From positions 33,790,001 through 33,854,000 of the forward strand of contig NC_043015.1 in assembly GCF_006345805.1 (NCBI RefSeq): a stretch of 64,000 nucleotides of DNA, read 5' to 3'. The notes under the pieces were generated by a model. It did not search any database. It was not told the DNA's origin and saw only the letters and a list, made by a program, of their open reading frames with translations. This stretch comes from Octopus sinensis. Taxonomy: Eukaryota. Numbering within the stretch: position 1 is the first letter of the stretch; every line of letters begins with the position of its first letter. Both the position numbers and the translations under genes were made by a program. Shown one piece after another: positions 61,559 through 64,000 of the stretch.

Positions 61559-62060
61559 ACAAGGTCTGATTGATAAGTATCAGGACTATTGCCTTAGTAT
61601 AGAAGCTGAAGTACATAGAGTAAAGCCACTTGGCACAGATTGACCTTGAACTCTGCTGGGCATGCACACAAAGTTTTAACATTCGAGCTCACTTCTGCTG
61701 TTTACAGCAGTGCTTGGAAGGAAGGGGTGTAGTGTGTGATCATCACATTAACCATAACAGAGAAAGTTGTTATGGCAATACCTGCTCAGAAGCCGATGCA
61801 AATTTGCAGAAAGTGTATGGAGAGGAGTGTATGGGCAACACACAAGTGTATGAGTGGTTCAGACTTTTCCAAGATAACTGAAAAAATATCGATATTGACA
61901 AACGTTCTGGGAGACACACAACCAGCAGAACTGAGAAAAACATCACAGATATGCATGCAGCTGTGAGGGGAAAATTGTCGAATCACCATCCGTGAGTTAT
62001 CAGAGGATGTGCAGATTAGTTACAATTCAGTTCAGTCCATTCTCACTGAAGATTTGGGTG
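61559..62060 (+). mobile_element. mariner transposon 5' half (TIR + HTH DNA-binding region)
   Basis: TA+caaggtctgattgataagtatcaggact TIR-like start; LQKVYGEECMGNTQVYEWF...RSGR....T....ITIRELSEDVQISYNSVQSILTEDLG. Confidence 0.85.
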
Positions 62061-62074
62061 GAGGATGTGTGAAG

Positions 62075-62690
62075 ACTGGAAAGGAATGAAGCTTGTATGC
62101 TTCACTGGATGTGCGATGTCAGTGTACATGTGCAACAGAGCATTGGTGTATTGAGGGAGGGGTTGAGGATCAGAGGAATTATATGCAGTGAGCAAGAGAG
62201 GATACTGTGCTGGTTTGGTCACGTGGTGTAGATGGATGAGGACAGTTGCATAAAGAAGTGCTGATTACTTAAAGTGGAGGGAAGTTATAGGAGGAGGAAA
62301 CCCAGGAAGACACGGGATGAGGTTTTGAAGGCTGATCTCAAAACGCTGAACCTTATGAAGGAGATGACAGAGGACCGAGAAATGTGGCGTGTTGCTGTCA
62401 TTGAGAAGACATGTGCACCACAACAGAATTGAGATCCTAAAACCAAGATGCCACATAAAAGGCACTAGTGCTGGTGGCACCTAAGAAAAGCACTGGTGAT
62501 GGTGCCACATAAAAAGCATCCAGTAAACTCTGGAATAGTTGGCGTTAGGAAGGGCATAGAGCCATAGAAATCAAACGAAAACAGACTCTGGAACCTGATG
62601 TGGCCCCTGCCCTTACCAGTGCCTGTCAAGCCATCCAAACCATGTCAGCATGGAAAATGGATGTTAAATGATGATGATGATGATGATGAG
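62075..62690 (+). mobile_element. Older RTE 3' fragment of the same family as 49476-50800
   Basis: RNEACMLHWMCDVSVH aligns with RNEASMLRWMCNVSVH; ends in the family D tail and (GAT)n. Confidence 0.85.
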
Positions 62691-63030
62691 ATATATATAT
62701 ATATATGTATGTATGTATGTATGTACATGGTGTAAGACTGTGTGGTTAAAAAACTTGCATTGTGAATGGATTTAGTAGTTGAAAATAGAAAATGCATATA
62801 GAAGTGTAATATTGTCAAATAAGTGTGGTGTTGTATATAGCAATGTAGCACTGCCAGTGTTGTATATAGTAGAGTTGCATTGGCTGTAGAAGTGTAGTGT
62901 TGTATACATCAGCAACAACCAAGATTTATGACAGTATGATAATGTATGTAGCAGTGTGAGCATTGTTTGTAGAAGCATATTTCTTTCTCCCCCACACACT
63001 CTCTCTCTCTCTTCATATATATATATATAC

Positions 63031-63061
<31 letters not shown>

Positions 63062-63062
63062 C

Positions 63063-63128
<66 letters not shown>

Positions 63129-63442
63129 CAGTGTAGTGTTGTTTATTTAGGTCTAGTATTGTATATAGTAACAACTATAGCAGCAACATTGTATCAGTAA
63201 TAAAAGAGAATGTGCTGGACATTATAATAATAAATCAAATATAAAAATAGTTTTTATTCAGTGAACTATCAATATTTAAATGGCAGAATACTTTATTTAT
63301 AAATAGCACAGAAGACATGAAATGCATAAATAGTCTTTAAATGTATCAGAAGCAACATATTGAATATACTTGGTTGTTCCAGTCTATTTAAGTACCATAA
63401 TCTCTTCAATCATCACCTTTGGGTGTTAAAGGCCATACTTAC

Positions 63443-63492
<50 letters not shown>

Positions 63493-63738
63493 GTATATAT
63501 ATATGTATATATATATGTATAGCAGGGTAATGTTGTTTATTTAGGTCTGGCCTTTCACACCCTTGGGTGTGAAAGGCCATAGGTTATAGTAATGGCAAGC
63601 TCAGATATATATATATATATCTGACCACCGACTCTAACAACACTTCTAGACCATATTTCCCTGGTGGAATTAAGACTCAACATAATATAATGTCCTGGTT
63701 AGGGGATAGTACACTGAACTATTTTACTCTATGGTATG

Positions 63739-64000
63739 TATTGGGTCATCTCATAAATAAGGTGGTTTTGTTCAATTGCATGAACTAAAAGCTGGAGGGG
63801 GAATGGGATAAACTACCTGCATCAACTTGCTATAAAAGCAGGTGATAATTTTACCTTGTACTTATTCTTAGTGAAAATTTTGAAGAGTGCAGTTCAATTT
63901 AAAAAGTTTTTCAAAGCTATAATAAAAGTGATAAAGGAGCATATTTGGCATATTTTGTTTTATGAGTTCAATAAAGGCAACAATGCAATGGAAAGTGCAA
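63739..64000 (+). mobile_element. mariner transposon 5' end, cut by the window edge
   Basis: TA+ttgggtcatctcataaataaggtggtttt TIR; KEHIWHILFYEFNKGNNAMESA (63922-63999) matches the mariner N-terminal K..IR..L.YEF..G..A.E motif; start codon apparently decayed to ATA. Confidence 0.8.

Overview
Eukaryotic, AT-rich, microsatellite-saturated animal genomic DNA. The SINE/LINE inventory and repeat load look most like an octopus genome (inference from recognition, not a database match). The window is largely decayed mobile elements: at least four tRNA-derived SINE families, RTE and CR1-type LINE fragments, a DD37D (maT-type) and two mariner-type Tc1/mariner relics, hAT-, piggyBac- and Merlin-like MITEs, and one complete non-autonomous Helitron. 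No host protein-coding gene can be called with confidence, and nearly all long ORFs in the ORF track are microsatellite translations. A roughly 7-kb SINE/LINE-free, visibly CpG-richer block (about 34.7-41.9 kb) looks like a promoter/5' region. The most interesting signals lie outside ORFs: three dispersed type I hammerhead-ribozyme motifs (34.8, 48.6, 55.3 kb), several long near-perfect fold-back palindromes (21.0, 27.5, 28.4 kb), a 90-bp TSD-flanked hairpin MITE with a telomere-repeat loop (37.2 kb), and head-to-tail SINE arrays built on (AAT)n tracts. No CRISPR, rRNA, bona fide tRNA or prokaryotic system was found. All structures were folded by eye and need computational confirmation.
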